Part shown: positions 24,208 through 37,636 of the stretch, piece after piece
Layout: each line of letters opens with the position of its first letter
Position numbering within the stretch: position 1 is the stretch's first letter
Assembly: GCA_964019425.1 (NCBI GenBank)
Contig: OZ025793.1
Span: 992,001-1,056,000 of the forward strand
Length of the DNA stretch: 64,000 bases
Direction: 5' to 3'
From: Flectonema sp. DT1601
Lineage: Eukaryota
Position numbers and translations under genes: made by a program
The notes under the pieces: model-generated
The model's input: the letters and a program-made list of their open reading frames with translations, nothing else
Told to the model about the DNA's origin: nothing
Database searches by the model: none

Positions 24208-27200
24208 ATGTCTAGAACTTACCCACAAAGGTGTACCCTGGACAAAGTTGTCGGGTTTTGGGATGGAGAGACAATCGGAGAAGCAGTCGGAGGGACGGAT
24301 GTCACTGTCCTCGGAGTTGAGACTTACTATCGAGTTGTGTACAAAGGAAAAACTGGTTTGATCCGGAAGAGTGATATAGCGGCAGGAGTCATCCAGCGAA
24401 AATCAACTCTCTCACTAGGCGATGAAGAATCGAAATTCTTGTACAATGAGAAGAGACAAGTCGAAGAAAAATTAGGAAATAAGTCTCTGCCATCACTACT
24501 ACCACCTGAATCTAGTAGAGTGTCGTACGACGAGGGTGAAAAGGAATTATTTAATAATGATCTGATCCTTATTGAGGAAAGTGTTAATTCTGGATTCCCA
24601 ATACCAGGAACTCTTGAATTAGGTCAATTGTCTTTGTTGTTAACGGGAGCAATCGTTAGACCAAATGGAATTAAAATGGCGATTGAGATTATAAAATGGG
24701 CCCTCCCACGACCAGAACTTGCCCGTCAACTTCCACCACTGCTATCTGATCTTCCAACTGAAGTAAGAGATTCTTTTAGAGATGAGGCTTCGTATTTACT
24801 AGCGAAGTCATATGACGAACAGAATGGGAACTGTGAAACATACATCTCACTTTTTAGAGCTGCGATAGGTCTCCCTCCAGGAATGACGGATAGCGACACT
24901 GATATCAATCTCAATAAGGAATCAAAATATCGACCTTACGGACATGTTGACTCTCTAAACGCTGACTTCCATCCGGATCCTGTCCTTGAAGAGGAAGTCG
25001 ACTACGTTAGAGGAGTCTTACGATCTGAGGATGTTATGGACAAGCTTCAGGTGAAGGATTACTTCAGCGACAGGTTGGCACAGAAATTAGCATCTCAGGC
25101 TGCAAGTGGTCGATTTGTATTCACAGAAAGCACTCGAAGAAATGTATCCATCCTCTGCAGGGCACTTCAATCCCCAATACCTCTTCTTATCGAAGGTGAT
25201 ACTGGAACGGGAAAAACAGTTTCAGTTTCTGTGGCGGCCGCCATGTTGGGAAAGACGCATTTACGATTTAATCTTTCATCTGGTACGACAGTCGAAGACT
25301 TGGTAGGACGCATGCAATTGAGCAACAAGAAACTTGAATTATCAATGCAGCCATTCACTGAAGCATATTCAAAAGGAATAATACTCGTACTCGATGAGTG
25401 TAATTTAGCACAAGAAGAAGTGTTAGCGACTCTCGAGTCAGCTTTAGATACGGGAATTCTAGTCATTCCTAACCCATCAAATCCAGCACGTGCTTCTAGA
25501 GAGGTTAAGAGACACCCAGCGTTTAGATTAATTATAACACAGAACCCATGTACAGGATTGTACAGAGGGAAGAGACACACGTTGTCAGCTGCATTCTTAT
25601 CTAGATTTTATCCCGTGTCGTTGAGTGACATCCCATCGTCTGAATTGGCTGAAATTGCAACCATCCAACTCGCGTCTAGACTCAAGTTGAAAGCAGCTAA
25701 GGATGATCCGGGGAATTCGTTCTGTCATCCAACAGGTTCAACCATTGTAAAGATACACGATGCAGTAAAGACATACGCGGCTACCCTCCGATCTGTAAAC
25801 TCTCTTAACATCTTATCAATTAGAGATGTCATAAACTTTGTTAGACTAGTAGCTGAAGAACCGAGTGATAACACTCCTGAAGTGATCCTCCAATCTGTAA
25901 AACAACGATTTCCAGAAGCAGCTTGGTGTCTATACCGAGCAAGGTTTCAACGAGAGGCAAGAGATGGAGTTTGGGAAGTAATCAAAGAAGCTGTTAAAGA
26001 CTTCATCCCAGATCTTCCGAGTGATCCGACGGTTAATGGAGTTGAGACTTTTCATATCGAAGAAGGTTCAAATGGTGAATCGATTCGTATGAAACTTGAA
26101 CTACCAAAAGTTGGTAAAAGAATTACCTGCATTGATGACAGGATAGCATTCCCACAACACCCAATTGTTGTTACTGAAAGGATTCTTAATCTCTGGAAAC
26201 AACTTGACTTTGTCATGGAGTTACGTAGACCCGTCTTGGTAGTTGGCTCTCCTGGATCTGGAACATCATCAGCCGTGTTGGGATACGCTGCGTACCGAAA
26301 ATCGAAATTCAGTCTTTGCCATGTCACGAGTGAGACATCAGCAGCAACTCTAGTTGGTCAGAACATGCCTTGTATCAATGGTAGTGAAGATAAAGTTATC
26401 GAATGGATTGATGGACCAGCAACATCTTCTATCGATAATGGTGAGTGGTTAATACTTAACGATCTACCTGCTGCTACAGCAACTGTTCTCGAGAGATTAA
26501 ACTCTCTGTTGGAAGAGGAACCAGAGTTGTACGTTGCTGAACGTGGAGCTGGTAAAGACAAAAAGATAGTTGGCAGCTCCTCTTTTAGAGTCCTTGCTAC
26601 TGCCGACACTACTCAGATTGCTTCTCTTTCTCCGGCTTTTGCGAATAGATTCACAATTCTTGTTTTCGAAGATCCAGACGATGATGTGAAACCGGAAATT
26701 AGTTGTTTGTTGAGAAGTTTGTTGTTCGCTGCGCCAGACTTGGTGTGGCTTCGGAGAGACGAGTCTTGTGTGGAAACCTTTCGAAATCAAATAAAACATT
26801 TCGGTAGCGAAGATTGTTACTCAAATGCGATAGCAGATCGTGAGATAATAGGAAACCAAACATTTATAATTCAGTGCTGGGGAGTAAACGGTGCGTGTGT
26901 TGGTGTTGCTATTGATGAGGATGACTTCTCACTGACACATGAACCACACAAGGCAAAGACTCGAATTTGGGGATACAGCAATCATGGTGAAATATTTTGC
27001 ACTGAACCCGACAAACCCCGCTCTGGAACAGAATGTAAGAAGTATGTAGACGGCGACACCATTTCAATAGTAGTTGACTGCGCTAAGGAGAGCATCACAT
27101 TCTCACTCAATGAGGAGGTTCAAAAGTGCATTCCGTTGACAAACGCGATCAATCAGAAAAAACCCCTGAGACCATTCATTGGACTGTTCACTAAAGGATC

Positions 27201-30200
27201 AACAGCAACGATAAGACTTTCTGGAAGTAAACAACCAACTGATGAAGAGGTTACTCAGGTTACAACTATGGCACTTCCGTTTTATCGAAACAGCGGACAG
27301 TCTGGTTTAGCCACAGTTGTGAGAGCATCACAGGTTGCTCGTAAGCTTGCAGATGACCAAGCTGTGATGTGTGAAAAGCATCACTTATTAAAAGCTTTTA
27401 ATATAACTCAGTTAGGAGGTCATAAGGGATCTTCTTGGTTTTCAAGAAGGGGCAGTGCGCAGCAAGTCTTGATGAGTTTCAGTCAGATTAGAGGAGGTCC
27501 AGCTCTGCGTGCAACGCTCGAACGGAAATCACAAGACATGCCACCTTCACTAGTTGGGATGACTCAAAGAGTCGTGTGGGGAATCTCTGTTGAAGTTCCT
27601 TTAGTCATTGTTGACGACTTTAGTTGGGATTATAGAACATGGATGCCTTCGAATTGTGAACATATCGTCGCGACACCAAATAGTTCGTTGTCGGAGTGGT
27701 TTGGGTCTCTGCTTCCAACAACAAGTCAATCAGGAGGAGTTCAGATAAAGGTAAACCCTGGACCTTTAAAAAGAGCTCTTGTTAATGGTAAAGTACTTCT
27801 ACTTGAGGGTCTTGGAGTTCTTCCAGCTTCAGTTCAATCTCAATTAGTACCTCTTCTTGAAACAGGAATGTTATGCAGACCTGGTGAAGGGGATGCGATA
27901 AGAGCTCAGCCCGGATTTTCTTTTACTGGGATCTGTACATCGAAGGAAGTTGAACGCTTGCCTAAGAAATTCCAGAGCAAACTAACAAAAATACATCTCC
28001 CTCGACCCAAAGCAGATGACTATAAATATTTAGTTGGTGACATCCCTGAGCCTTCTGCGACTATAATCGCAAAGGCTGCTGCTGCGATTGGAAGTGAAGG
28101 AATCAAAACATTTCAGATGAGTGTCAGAGTCTTTAAAAGAGTAATCCATCGAATGTCAGTTCTCAAGATAGCTGATGACACTAAAGTATCACCCCACCTA
28201 CTATGGGCATATTGTTACACATCTTACGTGTTATCTCCTTGTCAATTGCAAGAAGAAATTTGCATCCAACTGGCCAACTTCTTTCAATCTCACAAAGTAA
28301 TTGAGTCCAACGACTATTGGAATTTTGTTAAGTCATTGCGGCAACCTGCTTCCATCATGACTGACCAGAGCGATAATAACAAAGTTTTATTTACTTGTTG
28401 GAACCTTAAAGTAAGTGTGAAGGGATCCTTATCGAATTGTAATGTGAATATTTCACTTCAAAAATTAATAGATATAATCGTTTGCATTGCTCATGATGCT
28501 GCAAGTGGAGAAGCAACACTTCTGGTGGGTCCAACGTCTTGTAAGACATTAGCACTTCAAGTCTATTCATCAATCGTATCAAGTCAGATGGATGTTATTC
28601 ACTTGACTTGTTCTACTGATGAATCTGACCTCCTCGGTTCTGTCTCTCCGTACTGTCCTTCAGAGTACGCAAATGAGTTAAAAATGGAAATTGAAATGCT
28701 TCAAAATCGTCGAAAGAACGAACCCTCCTTACCAGACAACAGTTTCGAGTCTTGGGAAAACTCAATTAAATCTATGGAGGGAAACTTATCTGCCACAAAG
28801 GGAGATGAGGGAAGCACAATATTCGCTTTTAAGGAAGGACCTATGGCACTTGCAGTTAAGAAAGGTCTTGGTATGTTGTTAAAGGCAGCAAACTTACCAA
28901 ATGAATCAATATATGTGTCTCTTGCAGAGCTATTTGTTTCCAGAGAGCTTGGGTTTGGTGCTGCTGTGCAAACTGTTGTGCCGTTAGTGGAATCAGTTCC
29001 ATTGGTGCTCACAATTACTTCAGAAATTAGTCACAGTAGACCACCTACTCTGGATACACTTTGTGTTCATAGGCTATGCCCTGCTTACAGTACTTCTGAG
29101 ATTGGGATTATTCTGTCTGAAGCTGTGTCTGGTAAGCAGCCTGATGATGAATCAGAACTGCTGTCATCGACACTTCAGAACACTTGTTTTAGAATGTCAT
29201 TATCATTGAGATCAATGCTCAGATGGGCTCATTTTATTTTTGAGTATTCGAAGGTTGCAAACCTAACCAGACCGCAAGCATTTCTTCTTGGAGCTAAGCT
29301 TCTCCTCCAAGTTGCTGTACCAGATGATGAGAGTCTTCATAAAGAAGGATGGAGTTCTGATGATATTAAGAACGCCAAGTCAGTAATTCCTAATCAAATT
29401 CGTTCTAAAGGACTTCCTATCGAAAAGCTCGTCGATTTGAAAGAAGGGAATATTGCTTTACTGAAAGACGGTGAAGGCTCTTCCCTCGCAGTAGCTCGTT
29501 GCTATAAAGGAAAGGAATTAGAAAGTCGTCTTAAGATTTCTAAAATGGTTCCAACGGAATCACTTCTTCGTAACTTGTGCTGCGTATTCGCTGCCAGCAC
29601 ACTTCGAATTCCACTTCTACTTGAAGGGGCACCTGGGATAGGTAAAAGTTTTATAGTCCAATCAGCAGCTGAGTTGCTGTCGTGTAATTTTGAGAGAATT
29701 CAATTCTCAGCAGGCACTACCATAGCTCACTTGTTTGGAGTACCAATGCCAATTATGAAAAATGGAATCCGCAAGTTTGAGTCAAAACTCGGAGCCTTGG
29801 GAGCAGCTTTACGAAAAGGTGAAAACGAAAAGTTAGAAAGTTGGATTCTATTCGATGAACTCAATCTCGCACCTCCTGAAGTACAACAAGCATTATCACC
29901 AATGTTAACAGAAGGATCGACTACCTTAACAATTGGTAATGATATTTATGACTTGAGAAATGTTCGCTGCTTTGCTGCTGTCAATCCAGCAAAGGTCGGT
30001 GGAGGACGTTCTCACCTTCCACCGTCGGTCAGAGATTTATTCACCACAGTTGTACTGAAGGAACTTACAAGTGAAGAAGCCATCGAGATTATTGAACATA
30101 AATTAGTAGCTGACCTTGAATTAGGTTCTTTTGACACACTCCGTAATGAACTTCTTCAGGGAATCTCAACAGTTCATTATGGTGTTGCAGAAGCTCTTCG

Positions 30201-33200
30201 GAGTGGTGGTATTGGTGGTGACGGCAACACCCGCATCGTGAATCTCCGAACACTAGAAAAGGTAGTTCTGCTTCTCTCATCTAGGTTAGGGAAACATGCA
30301 TCCAAGTCACTCAAAGTCACTCCTGAAGGGAAGAAGATCGGTCATGTTAAACAATTCTTCATTCAGATAATGGATGCTGTCTACAAGTGGAGGTTTAGAG
30401 AAGCAGCTGATCGATCAAAGGTCGAAGAGATGATTGTATCATTAGCGAAGAGTATTCATGCTGTTTATTTACCATCACCTCATATTGCTGCTATGGGTTA
30501 TGGATCTGTTATTATGTTTGGTAGAGTTGGTATGATGAGAGGATACGCAGCCTCTAGTAGTAAACCACTTCCTCCTTCACCTGAATTACAATATCGAATA
30601 TCTGCCTTGGCTGCTGCATCTGTTTCTTCTCTCGCTGTCCTGCTTGAGGGTCCTACTGCTTCAGGTAAGACAGCTCTTGTGAGAGAACTCGCTCGAATCT
30701 GTGGACAAAAGCTGCAGATTATTCCTGTAACCCCAAATACTGAAATAGGAGAACTACTCGGAATGTGGGTTCCCTGGAAGGGTCTCGACACTGGCTCTGA
30801 CAGCATCGAAGCTCATTATCAACTCGGGCAGGAAGTTGCTCGTCTCGCAGCATTATTCATAACCAGCTCTTGTCACTCTTCCAGTGAGGAAGTAAAGGAG
30901 GTTCGAATAGAGCTGACAAAGCACCTCGAAATCCTCACTGATTTCAAGAAACGGGGAGTCGGGTTTGAAATCCTGAGGAAAAGTTCGTTGTTGCTTTGCA
31001 CACGGATGTCACAATTAGAGGAGAAAAGCGTCGCCGTTAAGGCGGAAAAACTAAAAGAGCTGCAAGGAGAGGTCGGGGATATGGGGTTCCACTTCGCTGA
31101 GTCACAACTAATTCATGCCATGCATGAAGGTGATTGGGTACTACTCGATAATATTGACTGGGCATCTCCTGCTGCTGTTGAGAGACTTAATTCCCTTCTT
31201 GAAGCTGACGCAACGTTCAAACTTACTGAACGTGGTGAAGGAGAACCTTTGCTTTTAAAGGGACGAGGCATTCATGAAAATTTCAGAATATTCTTCACGG
31301 CAAACCCAACTAGAAAACACGCCAGTACGTTGTCTACAGCTTTTTATAATCGAGTGATAACACTATCAATGAATCCCCTTGGACAAGAGTCAGAAGACGG
31401 TGGCTTCAAGAGAGTTGGAGCAGGGAGAGGTGACACTAGTATTCCAAGTATCATGTACCAAACCTTTAATCCACTTTGCGTAGATATAAGGTTTTGGCAA
31501 TATGTTGCCTCAGGATTTCACAACAGAGCCAGAGGTATAGAACCGAAAATATCGGTAAGAACATTACAGCAGTGTCTTGAAAAATGGAAAGTTGAAATTT
31601 CAACATCGGTAGAGCAATCTTCACTACAGCTGCTGTGCAGCATTCTGCTAAAGACGTATGTGAAGTCACTTCCTGTAGCAACTAGAGAGACTTTGATTAA
31701 GGCTATGAGACAAGTTCTGACTGAAGCTCAAGTGTTGTATTGGAATAAAAGGAAACGTGATTCCAGTCATCGCATTAAACCACCAAAACCTGAAGAGAAA
31801 CCTGAAGAAGCAGAACCAGAACAATCGTTTAGTTATAATGAAGATTCTATATTTCTTCCTGAAAAGGAAGAAGATTACGACAGCTCTACCGATGGCGGAG
31901 AAGGTGGTATCGTCGAAATCGATCGTGGGATGCCACAGCAATCTGAAGAACACATTGCAATCGCTGAAGATGTTGTGAAAATTCAAGAAGCATGCATCTC
32001 TCACTTAAAGTGTGAAACGTCTCGTCTGGAAACTTTATCTACAGAGGAATACGTTACTTTAGATGACAAAGAGGACCTCATAGACATCGCTCAAGATCTT
32101 GAAAGAATGTGGAAAGAAAAGCAATACGGCATTGTCGAAGAGCTCAGAGAGAACCTATCATTCCCAAGTCACATAAAAGACCCTTACACAGTATTGGATA
32201 CTCTTGCGAAGGCTCAGGAAGAAGCTCATGGAAAACACTTTCCAAGTCTTACCGCTATTCATTTGGTTGTACTTAGATTATACACCATGGAGTGGGCAGA
32301 TATTGATCAGCTTCTTGGTTATGAGAATGTCACTCCTTGGAGAGCAAATCTTTCAGAAGAAGATCAAGCAAAATGGTTACAATACAAAAAAGATTACCAC
32401 GGTACTCGCAATGTTAATATATATTCTAATATTAATACTGCTTTGAGAAACGCTCAGTCAAAAGATGAAAAGGAAAGATTTGATGCGAAGATGATGATGC
32501 AGAAATGGGTTAAATTCATCTGCATGATGATGACAATGTGCGAACCTATTGCGTCACCTGTACTGTTCAGAATGGTTAAGAGTCTACCAGCTACTGTTGT
32601 AAAGAATTTATCTGAACTACAAGTAGATGATATTCAAGCGTGGTCAGCTGCCTCTAGTACATCGATGATGGAAGGGTTCGCATTCCTAGGTAGCGATATC
32701 AATACAAATGCAACCTTTATCCTGAGAGGAGTGTCAAGAGGATTACGCGCTGATAGAATCTCACCATTCCCTGAAGAAGAAGAAGTCCTCGTTCCTCCAT
32801 TCGCAGTCTTTAAAGTGGTCAAGAAACCAGTTCATGGTCCCAAAGGATTAGTTGTAGAAATGCAGCTGGCAGAGTTACTTTGGTGGGATGACCCAACACT
32901 CAGATCTTTTGTTGAAAGAGTTCTTCATGATGGCCGTGATGGTGTTCGGAGACTGAACGCGAGAGTGAATAAGAAGTTTGGAGTAAGTGGTGATGTTCTG
33001 ACTCGACTAAGTCCTGAGTTGGTACTTCCAACAACTTGGTTTGAAGATTTACAGCGAGACTGTCAGATTCCTGAAAGTGATACCCCACCAGCAGCAACAG
33101 TCGAGTACTTATCAGATGGTGCTCTTGTTGAATGTTTGTCTGGTTTAATGAGTTCAGCTTCTTCTTCAGTTGGCAGCTACTACTCTAATCGAAAAGTCAA

Positions 33201-36200
33201 CAAACGAGCGTACACCGAACTCCCGATCTCTGCCCGCGAACTCTTCTCAAAGTGTCAGGATAATCTAACAGAGGCATTACGTAGCATGATGCAAAATAAT
33301 ATATTCACCAGATACCAGGCTGCTAGTTCTGGTGTAGAGCTTCACATCCCTGGTCTCATCAAAGCGATAACTACAAACTTCTCATACAATAAAGTCTTCG
33401 CTTCTCGAACTGCAGGCGGAACACGTTCATACAGTTGTATTATAGCAGTAGATGCAGCGACTGTTGGGGACCAAAAGATGGCATTTCGGTACTTGGAACT
33501 GTTTGCTGCATTACGAAATTCATTATCAGCCATTGAAGTAGAACCAGCTGTTGTTGTATTCAGTACAAGTAGTACTTGTTGTATTCATTTAGGTGAGTCA
33601 CCTTGGGATGACACTGCTACTTATGCATTCCTTAGTAGTTTATATAATTTGAATACCAGTCCTTCAGATGAGGATATGAATCCAATTCAACAATTATTAT
33701 CACTTGTTGTGGATATGAAAGGTAAGAAGAAATCATTATTTGTTATTACTTCTGGATTTGGTATTTCTTGGAGAAACCCTGAGATTGCTGGATCTCTCCG
33801 ACTAGCTGAGATGAACACAGTTGACGTGATTGGTGTTGGTATTGAAAGTGATATTCATTTTGCTCTCCCTCATGCTGTCTCTACTTCAAAACCATCAGAC
33901 CTAGCACGTGGACTTGAATTACTTATGCATGGTCCTTGGAAGGCTCCTCAAAGTGACATTGGTCGTGTTGAAGTTAGTGAGAAAGAAAATATTTGGGGAC
34001 GTTGGCACACTGGCTACACAATTGTTGGACATGATGTAGACTTCAACAGGGAAGATGATTCTTCAGGAGATTGCTTTATGATATTTTCAAAAGATGCAAT
34101 TACCAACGGAACTGAACAACACTTCACTATCACTACACCCTCCGACTACTATGTAGGTGTTGGTAGTATGGGTGTTCGTGTTGTCGATAACTTAGAAGGC
34201 AATCCATCAGCAGCTGTTAAGAAGTTCACATCCAGCGGATCTGTTTCTATAAAAGTAGATTTCAGTGATGGTAATCGACGTCTAGTCATCTCATCAGAAG
34301 TTATTGAAATACCTGTTAACCTAACTGAACCTTATTTAATGATTGGACTCACTGCATTCACTGGTAAGATTTCTATCACTAAGGCTGGACAAGAGAATGA
34401 GTCAGGAGAAGACATTCAGATTTCAAGTACTAAGAGTATCAGTTGGGATAGTAATAATCACTTTGATGTAGTTTCTGAAACAGTTGGTTCTTTTGATAAA
34501 TTTCTCAAAGATGACAACGAGAAACAATTGACATTATCATTTATATTGTCTGAGGATTGCACTCAGGCAATCTTTCGAATCTCTGGAGACAAAACTCTGT
34601 CAGTTGATGTTAGTGTTGGAAACGATAGAAGCAGTGCCGAATCTTCAATAATCGGAATTCATAAAACAGACTACGATGTTTGGATAGCCGACTACACGGA
34701 ACCAGTCTTAGATCGATTACGAATATCAACAAGTTCAGCAGCTGAAAGCCGCAGGAATGGCACACGCGCCACTCTAACTTTATCAAAAATTCGTTTGTCA
34801 CCTGATGGTGATGTGTCACCTGATGGTGATGTGTCACCTGGGCTTATAGAAGTTGAACTCATGAACGCTTCCAATGCCTTTAACTCCTCTTCAGGGTATC
34901 ACTTTTACAGTGACCAGAATAGTGTTGTAGAACAGAGGAAGAGCGGTAAATCCCAATGGAAACTTAAATACGATCCTTTCAGTGACTGTAGTTTGTCAAC
35001 AATATTCACGTTCACGATATCCGATGGAGACATTGAGAAGAAGATAATCCAGTTCACTTTATCTAATCGTGAGGAGGTCGTCTATAAAGCGGACGATAAG
35101 AAACTAGATGGTTCGAATATTACTATTCGTTGGGACTGTACAGGCACTCAACAAATACTTCAATTTATATTCGACGGAGCTATGTTTGAGTTCGAAGGTG
35201 ACAATCTGAAAATATGTCTTTCATCAGTTCCACTTGATAAGACAAAGGAAGAAGATTCTCTGTTTATTAGGAAAGTAAAATGGAAAGGTACTGAAAAGAA
35301 GGGATGGTCTAAAGTAGGTAGGGGATTATCTGTGGTAAACAGTACCGCAATTACCACTACAAAAAACAACTACTCAGCTGCACTTGGTCAGCCTATGTCA
35401 CCTGGATCAGGAATTCACGAGTGGAATGTACAGCTGTCGGGTAGCTGCAACGGAACATGTGTTGGGATTGCTACTGCGGAAGTCGATTTAGATTCACCTC
35501 TTTATAGAAAACAAACTACTTGGGTTTATAGTAATCATGGAAAAACTTCACACGGCGCTGACAGTGGAAGCAATAAGAATTATGCTAAAGAGTGTACGAT
35601 CACTTGTAGACTTGATATGACTGAAGGTTCTTTAACATTTCTTTTGGATGGAGTTGGTCAACCAAAAGCCTTTTATCAAATATCTGAAACAGTATTTCCT
35701 ATCATTGGATTGTATACGAAGGGATCTAATGCAAAGATAACGACTGTATCAGAAGGTGAAAAGACTGAGAAGACTATAAAATGGTCCGCGCCTGATGGCT
35801 CGCTAGTTGAACTCCTCGACGTATCTCCAGGTACAGTCTGTCAAAGCGATTTAAATTTGAGTCAAGACGCTTTTGTTTTATTTGTGAATTTCATAGGATC
35901 ACACACGATAACATTTTCAGACTGTCGTAAAGAATTTACAGAAACCGGAAAACACTATTCTCATAAAATAGTTTGCGATCCCTTGTATGTGTTTTTTTTT
36001 TTTTTTGTCTCTTTCGTTTTTATTGGGTTCTTTTTTTTATCTACCTTTCGTTTTTGTGGGACAATTGAAAATATAATTTAAATAAAAAAAAACCAAAAAA
36101 AAACAGAAAAAGTGTCTTTCTTATTAACGACAACATGACTAAGTTGCCGCCATGCACCACACTCGGATTTGAGTTTGTCGACGCTGGTTCATGTGAGGTT

Positions 36201-36701
36201 ACTCACGTAGAGAAGACGATTGGATTTTCTCACGTAGAATGGGTTAATAAGCTAAATCAACCAGCTCTCAGTCTTGATCCTTCCGTTGTTGAAGATGACT
36301 GGTTGTTTGGATACTCACAAGTGACTACAAAAGATTTTTCATTTCAGGTAAACTTTACTGGATTGACAAACGGTTGCTTAGTTGGATTTTGGAAGGGAAC
36401 CCCCGTAGAAGACATTGAAACAATACTATCTTCTGATACAAGTGTTTCTTATAGTAGTCATGGAATTCTTCGTAACCGAGGTGTGGAACCCAAAAGAGTT
36501 ACTCGATTTCCGAATGACGGTTGTCTAGTGACCATCAATGGAACTACTCAATCAGAAGGTAAAGTAATGATTGAATTCGTTATTAGTTCCGAAACTGGAA
36601 TTTCTCAAACAGTAAAGTGTTCCACTTCAATGGATGGCGACGACTATCTTATTGTTATGGCAAGAGAGCCTTCAACTTCATTTATGGTTCTAAACACTTG
36701 A
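24208..36701 (+). CDS. Giant midasin-like AAA+ ATPase with SPRY, ADP-ribosyltransferase and VWA domains (~4,123 aa, 2 exons)
   Basis: Walker A motifs GDTGTGKT (25195), GSPGSGTS (26245), GPTSCKT (28528), GAPGIGKS (29626) and GPTASGKT (30649), with dynein-related AAA_5 motifs such as LDECNLA and VLERLNSLLE. SPRY insert at ~26740-27220, ART R-S-E motifs at ~32560-32800, VWA at ~33420-33900, C-terminal SPRY-like repeats. Intron 35985-36106 joins to the 36135 ORF in frame. Confidence 0.9.
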
Positions 36702-37636
36702 TTTACCTCATCAGTCTCTAGTACTTCGGTAGGTAGCGGAACGATACTCGGGTTTAAGGTTTTTTTTTTTTATTTTTTGCTCATTTTGTTTCCCCTTTTC
36801 AGTGTGTGACCTAAATAAAATATCAATGCGCCCTCTTCTGTGATGATATATTCTTTTGTGAGCCTTAGCTTAATTGTGTTGCAGATTGCTTTGCGATTTT
36901 CTTTTTGTTTTGTGAGATGGTTTCCTGCGGTTGAGTCGTGATTGTAACCTGTTTCGGTCGTTGTTTGTGCCGTTATTCCAAAACTTATGTCCGTCACTGT
37001 GTGTTTATTTGTGGCACAAATCCCTTCCCAGCATCTGATTTTCCCTTTTGGGTATAATGCATGCAGACTGTTGTATGCTCCTCTCTACACTTTTATGTAT
37101 TTTTACTTATTCTCGTACTTCGAACCGTTTACTTGTACCCTTTTTGGTTTATTTGATATTTCTGTTTGTTTTTTCTGTTTATTGTTTCTTATAATTAAAA
37201 TTAAGATATCTGCATGAAGACTCGCCTAGCCATGCTATGCCGTGCCATGTGTGCTGCCCTTTCGTTTGGCAGCACTTGCGCTGCTTTCCAACAATTTTCT
37301 TTTTTGCCTGTATCAAGCTCTTAGTCGATGCCCCCTTTTTTCTTCTTCTTTTTGTCTTGGGCACTTATCGATTGCACAGGATAAGAAAACAAAAATAAAT
37401 AGAACAAATGATTTATTATTATTTTCTCATTGGTGACAACCCGAACAGGGTTTTTCTTTTTTTAAAAGTTCGATACTACACACTGAATGTCTGTATCGAG
37501 CACAAGAGATTGTGAGTCCCAACTTCTGAAAGTATTTTAGTTTTTCAATAACAGGAAACATGTTAGAATGAACACCATCCTATGAATAGATATCTGTTGA
37601 CAGGTTTAAACGCCACGAAGTATTATTTGTAGTTCA

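Noticed and set aside
24208..36701. Calling the giant gene MDN1/midasin
   Set aside because: It lacks the long linker and intact DxSxS MIDAS and carries extra SPRY and ART domains; treated as a derived paralog with no symbol.
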